A DNA stretch of 64,000 nucleotides from Candidatus Micrarchaeota archaeon (GTDB lineage: Archaea; Micrarchaeota; Micrarchaeia; Micrarchaeales; CABMGC01). This document shows positions 55,381 to 64,000 of the stretch, piece after piece. Location: assembly GCA_028866995.1 (NCBI GenBank), contig JAGWHD010000001.1, positions 256,183 through 320,182 on the forward strand, given 5' to 3'. The notes below the pieces were generated by a model. That model was given only the letters and a program-made list of their open reading frames with translations, was not told where the DNA came from and did not search any database. A program made the position numbers and the translations under genes. Position 1 is the first letter of the stretch, and each line of letters begins with the position of its first letter.

Positions 55381-57393
55381 ATGGCCTTGAGGACTGCCCT
55401 ATTGGCTATTGCGCTCGTTTCGGTGCTTAGCGGTGCTGCGAACGCGGGATACTGGTTCCAGTACGGGATAAGGGGAGGCTACCAGTCAAGCTTCAACAAC
55501 GGGGTCAGCGCGAGCATACAGACAATTGCGCAGCCGCAGCTCGACCGCGGCTCCTCGGCCTTCTGGATAGGGGAGAGCCTGTCGAACGGCGCTTTCATAC
55601 AGATGGGCTACCTGACTGAGAACCAGACGGCGCTATACCCGTTGCACTGCAACCTGAACGGCTGCGGCGACTACAAGATGCTGAAGAAGGGGGTGCCGAC
55701 ATGGTTCTACGAGTACTTCCCCGCAGGATACAACGGCGGTTTCCTCGGAGAGGTCGGGGAGAACGGCTCTGCGGGAATTAACGGCACGTTCAACACTTAT
55801 GACTTCCACTCGAACGGAACCACGTGGTACTTCATGCTCAACGGCAACGTGGTAGGCAGCGTCGACCTTGGCACTGGAACCTCGGGGCAGAACGATTCCA
55901 TAGCCTTCGGAGAGGTCGCCAACACCACAAACAATCAGGAGCAGGTGAATCCGGTCATATTCGCGAATGTCTCGATATACAAGGACGGCTCTAAGGTGCT
56001 GATGCCCTTTGGCTATTCCTACATAGGATACGGAGTGGGGAGCTCGACAGCCCTGCCCAACCCGTACGGGCTCAAGGAGCTTGACAGCAGGGTGAACTAC
56101 TTTGCAGTGGGTTCCGGACTGCCCCAGCCTGACAACGGCAAGACCCTCTGGACAACGGGATACACGCTCAGCCTCATGTCGAAGTACGGGAACCTGAGCA
56201 GGTCGACGCTTTACGAATCAGGGGTCCCGGTGACGCTGAGCATACCCTCAATCTTCTACATAGACAACTACACAAGGGTGCTGTTCAGCGGATGGAGCGG
56301 GAAGGGGATAGGCGCGTACAGCGGCAGCTCCAACCGGACGCAGATAACCCTTTACAGCAACGTAACCGAGCAGGCGAACTGGCAGACACAGTACCTGGCC
56401 AACGTCTCGTCTATCCACGCCATAGCGGCCGGCAGCGGATGGTACGCGGCTTCTTCCGTCGTAAACTACAGCGTCAGCTCAAGCATAGTCTACTCGAACA
56501 GCTCGAGCAGGTTCTCCTTCCTTAGATGGAGCAACGGCAATCCCAGCGTCGACGGAAGCTTCGTTATAAACGCGCCGGCGAACGTGGTTGCGCAGTGGCA
56601 GCAGCAGTTCCTTGTCAGCGCGACGTCAGACTACGGCAACGTTTCAGGGTCAGGGTGGTACGCCAACGGGTCCATTGCAACGCTGTCCGTGAAGACGCCC
56701 ATGGTGAACGTGAGCCCGACTGAGAGGCTGGCCTTCTACTCTTGGAGCAACGGCAATACGTCATCGGCCATAAAGTTCGCGGTAAACAATCCGCTGGGCA
56801 TAAACGCTGATTACAAGAGCCAGTACCTGGTCAACTTCTCTGGAACGGATGCATACGGGAACCCGATAGCCCTGCAGAGCCTCGTTCTGGGCAACAGCAC
56901 GATCCCAAGCTCCTCGTTCGTGTTCGGGAACGTGAGCTACATGGTAAGGAGCGTGATGTACAACGGGGTCAGCATAACCGTGGACAGGACCACTTCGATA
57001 AGCTCCTCCGGGACCAAGAGAATAGTGCTCCCGATATACAACGTGATGATAGTTACCAAGGATATATTCGGAAGGCCTGTTGAGGCGCATTACGACCTGA
57101 GGTTCACGAACGGCACCGAGGTGAACGGCACGTCGAACAGTGACGGAACGATATCTTTCAGCGACGTGCCCTACGGCTCCGCTGTAGGCACCATCGAGTA
57201 CCTGGGAATAAAGCAGTCGGTAAGCGTGAGCAACGGAACCGTCGATGTGGTGCCCTTCGTGTCGCTGCTTGACATAGCCATAATGATGGCTGCGGTGGCA
57301 GCCGCATTCCTGATATACAACCACGCCAGGAAGAGGCTCTCCGGCCCACCTATCCGCAAGGAGGATAGTCAGGATTATAATTCCTCCGCGTGA
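55381..57393 (+). CDS. Secreted membrane-anchored protein with putative G1-like glutamic peptidase domain and beta-repeat stalk
   Basis: Signal peptide; SAFWIG...IQMGY...WFYEYFP...FGE; repeated A.WQxQYL.GSGWY modules; C-terminal TM. Confidence 0.55.
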   Translation: MALRTALLAIALVSVLSGAANAGYWFQYGIRGGYQSSFNNGVSASIQTIAQPQLDRGSSAFWIGESLSNGAFIQMGYLTENQTALYPLHCNLNGCGDYKMLKKGVPTWFYEYFPAGYNGGFLGEVGENGSAGINGTFNTYDFHSNGTTWYFMLNGNVVGSVDLGTGTSGQNDSIAFGEVANTTNNQEQVNPVIFANVSIYKDGSKVLMPFGYSYIGYGVGSSTALPNPYGLKELDSRVNYFAVGSGLPQPDNGKTLWTTGYTLSLMSKYGNLSRSTLYESGVPVTLSIPSIFYIDNYTRVLFSGWSGKGIGAYSGSSNRTQITLYSNVTEQANWQTQYLANVSSIHAIAAGSGWYAASSVVNYSVSSSIVYSNSSSRFSFLRWSNGNPSVDGSFVINAPANVVAQWQQQFLVSATSDYGNVSGSGWYANGSIATLSVKTPMVNVSPTERLAFYSWSNGNTSSAIKFAVNNPLGINADYKSQYLVNFSGTDAYGNPIALQSLVLGNSTIPSSSFVFGNVSYMVRSVMYNGVSITVDRTTSISSSGTKRIVLPIYNVMIVTKDIFGRPVEAHYDLRFTNGTEVNGTSNSDGTISFSDVPYGSAVGTIEYLGIKQSVSVSNGTVDVVPFVSLLDIAIMMAAVAAAFLIYNHARKRLSGPPIRKEDSQDYNSSA

Positions 57394-57403
57394 TGTATGC
57401 ATC

Positions 57404-57925
57404 ATGAAGGTTGCGCTGCTAGTCGCGCCCAAGCAGTTCCGCGACGAATCCGTGTCGCATTCGATGCCGATGCTGCAGAAGTGGGGAGCGTCTCCGACGA
57501 TCGTGAGCTACTCGACCAAGGACTGCGTGGGATACAGGGGAGCGGTATACAAGGTGGGGCTCAACGCAGGAAGGATGCATCCTGACGACTTCGATGCCAT
57601 TGTGCTTGTCGATGGTCCGGGGATAGACACGTACAAGCTCTATGATTTCAGGCCCTTGCTCGACATGGTCAAGCTCTTCTTCGACAAGGGAAAGCCGATA
57701 GCAGTAATGGGCAACGCTGTCAAGATAGTCGCCAGGGCGAACATAATAAACGGGATCAAGATATCTGCGCCGAAGGACGAGGAGTCCAAGAGGCTGGTGC
57801 TGCTGTACAGGGGCATCGAGTCCGAGAAGCCGCTCGAGCACGACAGGAACATCATATCGCTCAGCGACGACTCGATGGTCGAGCAGATGACCGGCGTGCT
57901 GCTCGAGAAGTTAGGTGCGAAGTGA
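57404..57925 (+). CDS. DJ-1/PfpI-family protein (lacks nucleophile Cys)
   Basis: FRDES, DFDAIVLVDGPG, GKPIAVMGNA. Confidence 0.75.
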   Translation: MKVALLVAPKQFRDESVSHSMPMLQKWGASPTIVSYSTKDCVGYRGAVYKVGLNAGRMHPDDFDAIVLVDGPGIDTYKLYDFRPLLDMVKLFFDKGKPIAVMGNAVKIVARANIINGIKISAPKDEESKRLVLLYRGIESEKPLEHDRNIISLSDDSMVEQMTGVLLEKLGAK

Positions 57926-58252
57926 GCCTTTTCCAAGATATGCCCTGGACTCATGGCCGCATTCGCACCTGTACAATGCGTATCCTTCCTTAGCCGATAT
58001 CCTTACGGTGCATGTTATGCCGGGGATGAGGAGATTGCCGCACCTTTTGCATATGCTGTCGCTTATCCTCTTGCCAATCTTGACTTTGTAGTGGCTGCCT
58101 ATTAGAAGCATCAGCTTCACGTAGCGCCTGCCGAGCTTCCTTGACTCTGCGCTGTTCTCGTTGAACATCTCCGTGGAGAGCTCGAAGAGCCTCTCTATCC
58201 GCTCCCTTGCTATCCTCTCAACCAGTTTAGAGTTCTTCGGCATGCGGACCAT
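57911..58252 (-). CDS. rnp4: RNase P protein subunit Rpp21/Rpr2
   Basis: IARERIERLF, RRYV, CKRC..LLIPG, C.CG. Confidence 0.9.
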   Translation of the reverse strand: MVRMPKNSKLVERIARERIERLFELSTEMFNENSAESRKLGRRYVKLMLLIGSHYKVKIGKRISDSICKRCGNLLIPGITCTVRISAKEGYALYRCECGHESRAYLGKGSLRT

Positions 58253-58253
58253 T

Positions 58254-58571
58254 TTAGATCTCTACCGTTATGTCGCCTGTGATGTCGTCGGCCTTGACGC
58301 TGTAGGTGCTTATGTCAGTTACCCATGAGGTGTTCTCGTTGGCCTTTCCCGTAGCTATGTCGAACGCGCCGCCGTGCATCGGGCATACCAGCTCCTTGTT
58401 GTCTATGTAGCCGTCTCCCAGGACCCCCTGCTCGTGCGTGCAGTATCCCTGCAGGGCGTAGAGCGTGCCGTCCATCACAAGGAGCGCAATCTTCGTTCCT
58501 GCGACATCCACGGACCTGACGTCGCCGTCGTTCATGTCCTTCCTGTTTATGTCGAGCTTGTATTCGGCCAT
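58254..58571 (-). CDS. Rieske-type [2Fe-2S] ferredoxin
   Basis: CTH...CPMHG..FDIATG. Confidence 0.9.
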   Translation of the reverse strand: MAEYKLDINRKDMNDGDVRSVDVAGTKIALLVMDGTLYALQGYCTHEQGVLGDGYIDNKELVCPMHGGAFDIATGKANENTSWVTDISTYSVKADDITGDITVEI

Positions 58572-58576
58572 TGCAG

Positions 58577-59299
58577 CTACCTCCTCTTCCTCATTATCGA
58601 GGCGATTATGTAGGATGCGAAGATTATTATGACCAGTACAGCTGCTATCGCGTATATCAGGCCGGTAGAGGATGCTGATCCGCTCTTGATCGTAACGTTC
58701 TGCGACTGGTTTGTCTGGTTCGAGGCGATGGTGGTGAATATTGTCTGGTAGGTGGTCGTCGACGTGCCGTTGCCCGTTCCGTTCACGCTCTGGTTGGGAT
58801 AGAACGGGACCGTCGTGGAGACCGTGTAGTTGACCATCCTTGACAGCACATTGGACCCGTTGTATGACGGGTTGTTGATGGACTCGTTTATCGCTGCAAG
58901 GACCGTCTCGTTGACCACGAGGACGTTAACCACCTGGTCGTATGATGTGGGGTCCCCTCCTGTCGCGTTCAGATCGACCTGGTAGAGCCCCGGCCTGGCA
59001 CCGAGAGAGACTGTGAAGTTCAGGTACCCGAGGAACGATGGAATCCCTGATGACGGGGAAAGGGCCGCTGTTACGCCGTACTTGGAGAGCTGCACGCTGT
59101 TGCGAATGTTTATCGTGGTGGTGGAGTAGCTGCCGTTTGTCAGTAGCAGGAAATATCCTATGGATGAGTTGCCCCCTGTCAGGATCACTGCGGTGTAGTT
59201 GTTGAGAAGGAGGGAGCTGCTGCCTGAAGGCGATGCTTGGGAATACGCTACTGATGAGAGCAGAATCGATAGGACCAGCGCAAGATACCGCTTGTACAT
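58577..59299 (-). CDS. Secreted membrane-anchored glycoprotein
   Basis: Signal peptide, Asn/Thr-rich body, C-terminal TM and RKRR. Confidence 0.7.
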   Translation of the reverse strand: MYKRYLALVLSILLSSVAYSQASPSGSSSLLLNNYTAVILTGGNSSIGYFLLLTNGSYSTTTINIRNSVQLSKYGVTAALSPSSGIPSFLGYLNFTVSLGARPGLYQVDLNATGGDPTSYDQVVNVLVVNETVLAAINESINNPSYNGSNVLSRMVNYTVSTTVPFYPNQSVNGTGNGTSTTTYQTIFTTIASNQTNQSQNVTIKSGSASSTGLIYAIAAVLVIIIFASYIIASIMRKRR

Positions 59300-59342
59300 G
59301 TAATCTATAGTCTAATCCTAAATCAGTAATATAAGCCTTGCT

Positions 59343-60059
59343 TTACCTGAAGAAGCCGGGCTTTTTCCTCGGCTCTCCAGTCTCTTCCCCCGTCTTGTTG
59401 ACGCGTATCCTGACGCGCTCGATGACGCTCACGATGCCGTTGCCTCCGCACGTCCTGCAGCTCCTTTCGTATATCCTGCCCCTTCCCCTGCACCTGTCGC
59501 AGGTGGTTATCGCCTCGAACCTCCCGAAGAAGGAGTTCTGCTGTATCCTCCTCCTGCCGTTGCCGTTGCATGCGGAGCACTGCACCTGCTTTGAGCCTGG
59601 ATCGCCGCCAGTGCCCTTGCAAGTGGGGCACTTCTTGTTGCGCTGTACGTCGTACTCCCTGTCGAGCCCCTTCTCTATGTCGTCGAACGCGACCGAGAAG
59701 TTGACAGTTGTCTGGACCTGCTGCTGTTGCTCGCCGAACATCCCGAACGGATCGCCTCCGAAGCCGAAGCCCTCGAAGCCCTGCATGTTCTTGAATATGT
59801 CCTCGAAGTTGAAGTTCCTGAATATTTCCTCTTCGGTGTACCTCCTGCCGAAGCCGGACGGACCATACGCATCGTACTCCTTCCTCTTCTCAGGGTCACT
59901 AAGTACTGCGTATGCTTCATTTATCTCACGCATTTTTGCTTCTGCTTTTGGATCCTTATTGATGTCTGGGTGGTGTTTTAGTACAAGTTTCCTATATGCT
60001 TCTCTTATTTGCTCCTGTGTGGCGCTTTTAGATAAGCCTAGGATGTTATAATAATCCAT
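59343..60059 (-). CDS. dnaJ: DnaJ (J domain, G/F region, four CxxCxGxG; C-terminally short)
   Basis: DYYNILG, HPD, INEAYAVLSD, four Zn-finger repeats. Confidence 0.9.
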   Translation of the reverse strand: MDYYNILGLSKSATQEQIREAYRKLVLKHHPDINKDPKAEAKMREINEAYAVLSDPEKRKEYDAYGPSGFGRRYTEEEIFRNFNFEDIFKNMQGFEGFGFGGDPFGMFGEQQQQVQTTVNFSVAFDDIEKGLDREYDVQRNKKCPTCKGTGGDPGSKQVQCSACNGNGRRRIQQNSFFGRFEAITTCDRCRGRGRIYERSCRTCGGNGIVSVIERVRIRVNKTGEETGEPRKKPGFFR

Positions 60060-60177
60060 TTCCTGCTACCTCCAATATTTGCTTTGATACTTCTATCCAG
60101 TTATACTTTATATCGCTCTCCCAGAATCTTGTAAGCGCATAGCCATGAATCTTCGCATAATCTGTCTTTCGTTGATG
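60046..60177 (-). pseudogene. Remnant C-terminus of a Vsr/DUF559-like endonuclease
   Basis: Translates to HQRKTDYAKIHGYALTRFWESDIKYNWIEVSKQILEVAGNGLL*, preceded by in-frame stops; AT-rich. Confidence 0.6.
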
Positions 60178-60218
60178 TTATCACCATTTAAGATCAAACC
60201 AGTTTGTTTGTATTTTTC

Positions 60219-62060
60219 TCATGCTGGTCCTGGTTGGGATTCGGGACCTTGAGACCCGCTGCCAGTCTCTGGACCAGGGCCCTGTCCTTGCTCATGTCCG
60301 GAGCCGGCTCCGGGCTGTCCATAGAGGTTAGATCCTATCTCGCTCATGGCCTCGCGCAGCTTTTCCGTCTTCTCCTTGAGCGTGCTGAAGTCCTCCTTCT
60401 TGAGGGCTTCGTCGAGCTCCTTCTTCAGGCCAGTGACCTTCTCGGCCAGCTCCTTCGATATCTTCTCCTTGAACGTTTCTAGGTCCCTATCGGCCTTGTA
60501 GGACAGCGACTCTGCCTCGTTCTTCAGTTGCGCATGCTCCAGGTTAGCCTTGTCCTCTGCAGCGTACTGCTCTGCCTCCTTGATCTTCTTGTCTATCTCG
60601 CCCCTGTCCATCTTGTTCGGCGCAACCACCTGCATGGACTGCTCCTTGCCAGTAGCCTTGTCCTTTGCATGCACGTGGAGTATGCCGTTCGCGTCGATGT
60701 CGAACGTGACCTCTATCTGCGGTACGCCCCTTCTTGCAGGAGGCAGGCCTGTCAGCGAGAAGCTCCCCAGCGGGACGTTGTCCTTGGCCATGGGCCTCTC
60801 CCCCTGCAGTATCTTTATTTCTACTGCAGGCTGGTTGTCCTCGGCTGTCGAGAACGTCTCCTGCTTCTTTATCGGTATGGTGGTGTTCCTTTCTATCAGC
60901 TTGGTCATGATGCCTCCAAGCGTCTCTATTCCCAATGACAGCGGCGTCACGTCGAGAAGCACTATGTCCTTGACCTCTCCTGTAAGCACGCCGGCCTGCA
61001 CGGCAGCTCCGAACGCTACCGCCTCCATCGGGTCCACTCCCCTCTCTATCTTCTTGCCCAGCAGCTGCTCCACGTATCTCTGCACTATGGGCATCCTAGT
61101 AGGCCCTCCTACGAGTATCACCTTGTCTATGCCGCTCGGTTCCAGCTTCGCGTCCTTCAGGGCCTGGATTACCGGCTTAGTGGTCCTGTCGACTATCGGC
61201 AGGACTATCTCCTCCAGCTTCGCCCTGGTCAGGGTGTGCGTGAAGTGCACAGGGGCATTGCCAGCGCCCATCGTCAGGAACGGCAGGTTTATCTCTGTCG
61301 ATACTGTAGTGGAAAGCTCTATCTTGGCCTTCTCTGCCGCTTCCCTTAGCCTCTGCATCGCCTGGTTGTCCTTAGAAATGTCTACTCCTGTGTCCTTCTT
61401 CGCCTGCTCCTGCAGGTACGCGACTATGGAGTTGTCCATGTCCGTTCCTCCTAGCTTCGTATCGCCGCTCGTCGACTTGACCTCGAATACTCCCTTCCCG
61501 AAGTCCATGATGGTCACGTCGAGGGTTCCGCCGCCGAAGTCGTAGACAAGTATCTTCATGTCCTTTCCTGACTTGTCGACCCCGTACGCCAGCGCGGCTG
61601 CTGTGGGCTCGTTCACTAGTCGTACAACCTCAAGCCCGGCAATCTCTCCAGCGTCCTTGGTAGCCTGCCTCTGGTTGTCGTTGAAGTATGCTGGCACTGT
61701 TATGACAGCCTTCTTGACCTCCTCCCCAAGGAACGACTCTGCATCCTTCTTTATCTTCTGCAGCAGTATTGCCGACAGCTCCTGCGGGGTGTAGTCCTTG
61801 TCCATTATCTTGTACTTGTAGTCCTCGCCGATGTGCCTCTTGAATGCGGTGACGGTCCCGTTGGGATTTGCCACTGCCTGCCTCTTAGCCGGCTCCCCGA
61901 CAAGCCTGTTTCCGTCCTTTGTGAACGCCACGTAGCTCGGGAATGACTTTCCGTACTGCGACGTCCCTTCGGCGCTCGGTATCAGTACAGGCCTTCCTCC
62001 CTCAAGTACTGCTGCTGCAGAGTTACTGGTGCCAAGATCGATGCCTACGATTTTTGCCAT
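60219..62060 (-). CDS. dnaK: Chaperone DnaK (Hsp70)
   Basis: [33 protein letters not shown]. Confidence 0.98.
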   Translation of the reverse strand: MAKIVGIDLGTSNSAAAVLEGGRPVLIPSAEGTSQYGKSFPSYVAFTKDGNRLVGEPAKRQAVANPNGTVTAFKRHIGEDYKYKIMDKDYTPQELSAILLQKIKKDAESFLGEEVKKAVITVPAYFNDNQRQATKDAGEIAGLEVVRLVNEPTAAALAYGVDKSGKDMKILVYDFGGGTLDVTIMDFGKGVFEVKSTSGDTKLGGTDMDNSIVAYLQEQAKKDTGVDISKDNQAMQRLREAAEKAKIELSTTVSTEINLPFLTMGAGNAPVHFTHTLTRAKLEEIVLPIVDRTTKPVIQALKDAKLEPSGIDKVILVGGPTRMPIVQRYVEQLLGKKIERGVDPMEAVAFGAAVQAGVLTGEVKDIVLLDVTPLSLGIETLGGIMTKLIERNTTIPIKKQETFSTAEDNQPAVEIKILQGERPMAKDNVPLGSFSLTGLPPARRGVPQIEVTFDIDANGILHVHAKDKATGKEQSMQVVAPNKMDRGEIDKKIKEAEQYAAEDKANLEHAQLKNEAESLSYKADRDLETFKEKISKELAEKVTGLKKELDEALKKEDFSTLKEKTEKLREAMSEIGSNLYGQPGAGSGHEQGQGPGPETGSGSQGPESQPGPA

Positions 62061-62070
62061 ATTCTATCAC

Positions 62071-62613
62071 CTATTGTTTTTCCTCTTTCTCTTTCGCCGC
62101 GTCCTTTGATACTATCACAGACGCAGGCCTGAGCATGATTTCGTTGAGCATGTATCCCTTCCTTATTACCTCTATTATGGTGCCTTCGGACTTTTCGCTC
62201 TCCTTTGCAAGCATTATCTCGTGCCTGTACGGGTCGAACCTGCCGTTGGACTCTATCTCCTTGAGCCCCAGAGACTTCAACGCGTCCATGAAGTTGGAGA
62301 ATATCAGGGCAATGCCCTTGGAATTCTCGTCGCCCTTCATGGATTCCATCGCGAGCTCGAACTCGTCCAGCGTCGGAAGCAGTTTTGCTATTGCCTCTGC
62401 CTTTCCTATGCTCCTGGCGCTCTCCGATTCCTTCGCAACTCTTTTCTTGTAGTTGTCGAACTCTGCAGCAAGCCTCAGCAGCCTGTCCTTCACCTCTGCT
62501 ATGCCCTCCTTATCCTCGCTATTCTTGCCGCCCCTCTGCTCGCTCTCCTTTTCGGGCTTCCCTGCCTCATCATTCTCCTTCTTGCTACTGCCTTCTTCCT
62601 TTCCTTCTTCCAT
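62071..62613 (-). CDS. grpE: Nucleotide exchange factor GrpE
   Basis: LRLAAEFDNYKKR, FDPYRHE, KGY.L....LRPASV.V. Confidence 0.95.
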   Translation of the reverse strand: MEEGKEEGSSKKENDEAGKPEKESEQRGGKNSEDKEGIAEVKDRLLRLAAEFDNYKKRVAKESESARSIGKAEAIAKLLPTLDEFELAMESMKGDENSKGIALIFSNFMDALKSLGLKEIESNGRFDPYRHEIMLAKESEKSEGTIIEVIRKGYMLNEIMLRPASVIVSKDAAKEKEEKQ

Positions 62614-63013
62614 AAGCGTTACCTTCGAAAAGCGCATCCATCTTCTGCGCGAACTCCAGGAGTCTTATGAACTCCCTGTCCATGTCCGCCTGCAGCTCAG
62701 CGATCGTGCCGGCCATGTCCTCGGATCTGAGGTAGTACCTCCTGCCTCTCCTGACTACGAGGCCCGAGCATATGAACCTGTTGAGGTGGTATATCACAGT
62801 GCTCCTCGGGACGTCGAGCTTCTCGTTCAGGAGCTTGCTCGTTACTCCAGATCCCTTTATGCTCCTCTCCACTATCTCCTTGAATATGTCAGGCTCAACC
62901 TCGCCCTTGCTGTTGAAGTCGAAGACCTGCATGAACCACTGGAGCAGCGCGTCGGGATTCTCCTTCCCCGGCCTGTTGACCTGGCGTATCACTATCTTCT
63001 CTTCAGTGGCCAT
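62585..63013 (-). CDS. Winged-helix transcriptional regulator leading the grpE-dnaK-dnaJ operon
   Basis: VTSKLLNEKLDVPRSTVIYHLNRFICSGLV..RGRRYYL; overlaps the grpE start. Confidence 0.82.
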   Translation of the reverse strand: MATEEKIVIRQVNRPGKENPDALLQWFMQVFDFNSKGEVEPDIFKEIVERSIKGSGVTSKLLNEKLDVPRSTVIYHLNRFICSGLVVRRGRRYYLRSEDMAGTIAELQADMDREFIRLLEFAQKMDALFEGNAYGRRKGRRQ

Positions 63014-63052
63014 ATTCCAAGAATATGTACTAAGAGATATATAAATCTTTGC

Positions 63053-63079
63053 TTATTTTCAATAAAAAGTTGAAAATAA
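63053..63079. promoter_or_regulatory. Perfect inverted repeat, candidate operator
   Basis: TTATTTTCAA-N7-TTGAAAATAA beside a TATA-like TTTATATA (minus strand, about 63038-63045). Confidence 0.6.
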
Positions 63080-63151
63080 CAATGATTTGTGGTGAAATTG
63101 TCCTCGTCTCAAGTTTATATATTTTTAGTGGGAGATATCTCCGTGTTTTCA

Positions 63152-64000
63152 ATGGGGGCTGAAACGTTTCCTGTAGACCTTACTGAGAAAGAGAGGGAGC
63201 TTGCGAGCCCCTTCTTCACCAACGTCGACAGGAACATATTCGGGCTGATTAACCTGCCCGAGGTAATCAAGGGCACGCTCTTCTCAAGGTACAGCAGGTC
63301 TGACAAGAGCGCCAGGAAGCTGCTGCTTGACGAGTTCATGCCGAACAAGGACGTTGCTGATGTGATCCAGACGAACATGCCCGGCAAGGGACTTGATTCG
63401 ATAGTCGCTACGCAGAAGGCGGAGGACTTCTACCAGAGGGTGCTGGTGGGATACGGCGACGACTCGGTAGCGGAGCTTGCTGGGGCCCATGTCGCGTGCG
63501 AGAACATATCCAGCCTTGCAGGCGACCTTCTGACCGATTCGAGGATAGGCCTGTCGTATCTGGAGAAGTCCGCAAGGTACATGCCATTCGACAAGAAGGT
63601 GAACGGCATGTACATGTGGTACAGGGACCCGAAGATAATGGATTCAAAGTTCGCGGAGCCGTATTCAAGCACGATGGATAAGATATTCGATCTGTACGGC
63701 AAGTGGATACCGGTTCTCATATCGTACATAAAGGAGGCGAACCCAAAAACGGATGACACTACGGATAGGGCCTACGAGAGCGCCACAAGGGCCAAGGCCC
63801 TTGACGTATTGAAGAACATGCTTCCTGCAGGCAGGCTCACTAACGTGGGCCTTTTCGGCAATGGAAGGGCCTATGAGTACCTGCTCACGAAGCTCTACTC
63901 TTCAGGTATCGCTGAGGGCGTCGACATCGCCAACAGACTCCATGAGGAGCTAAGGAAGATGATGCCTGCGTTCGTGAAGAGGTCGCAGCTCTCGGAATAC
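63152..64000 (+). CDS. thyX: FAD-dependent thymidylate synthase (long ThyX type), truncated by window edge
   Basis: LFSRYSRS, GYGDDSVAEL, RIGLSYLEKSARY, NGRAYE. Confidence 0.8.
   Translation, partial: MGAETFPVDLTEKERELASPFFTNVDRNIFGLINLPEVIKGTLFSRYSRSDKSARKLLLDEFMPNKDVADVIQTNMPGKGLDSIVATQKAEDFYQRVLVGYGDDSVAELAGAHVACENISSLAGDLLTDSRIGLSYLEKSARYMPFDKKVNGMYMWYRDPKIMDSKFAEPYSSTMDKIFDLYGKWIPVLISYIKEANPKTDDTTDRAYESATRAKALDVLKNMLPAGRLTNVGLFGNGRAYEYLLTKLYSSGIAEGVDIANRLHEELRKMMPAFVKRSQLSEY

Noticed and set aside
59338-61545. Long plus-strand ORFs opposite dnaJ and dnaK (and similar antisense ORFs opposite proS, rtcB and the histidine kinase)
   Set aside because: Antisense shadows caused by codon bias of the real genes; no protein motifs.
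1-64000. CRISPR array, cas genes, transposases, integrases, rRNA
   Set aside because: No regularly spaced repeats or recognisable motifs were found by eye.

Overview
Gene-dense archaeal chromosomal segment, most likely from a DPANN Micrarchaeota-like genome. This placement is an inference from the archaeal informational genes, the LQSAMEYLMTYGWAIL pilin family and a non-canonical tRNA intron. Housekeeping genes include rpl10e, dph2, glyS, proS, nop5, fibrillarin, rtcB, trm1, PCNA, Rpp21, Lhr helicase plus MPE, dnaK/dnaJ/grpE and a partial thyX. There are three tRNAs (Trp with a 68-nt canonical intron, Gln, and Leu with a 13-nt T-loop intron) and a well-formed box C/D guide sRNA. The best candidate for an undescribed system is a KaiC-like ATPase plus two V4R-domain genes converging on a class I terpene-synthase-like gene, with a type 1 IPP isomerase and tetraether synthase (Tes) nearby. 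Other notable elements are Ni-SOD with its maturation peptidase, a circularly permuted ATP-grasp ligase, a wHTH-REC-degenerate GGDEF regulator near a GAF/PAS histidine kinase, a Mesh1-like hydrolase/Nudix operon, and a Cys-to-Ser C39-like peptidase. The window also has a G1-like glutamic peptidase surface protein, a decayed Vsr/DUF559-like nuclease with an AT-rich tract running into dnaJ, and a perfect palindrome upstream of a wHTH-grpE-dnaK-dnaJ operon. All calls come from motif reading by eye; no searches were run.
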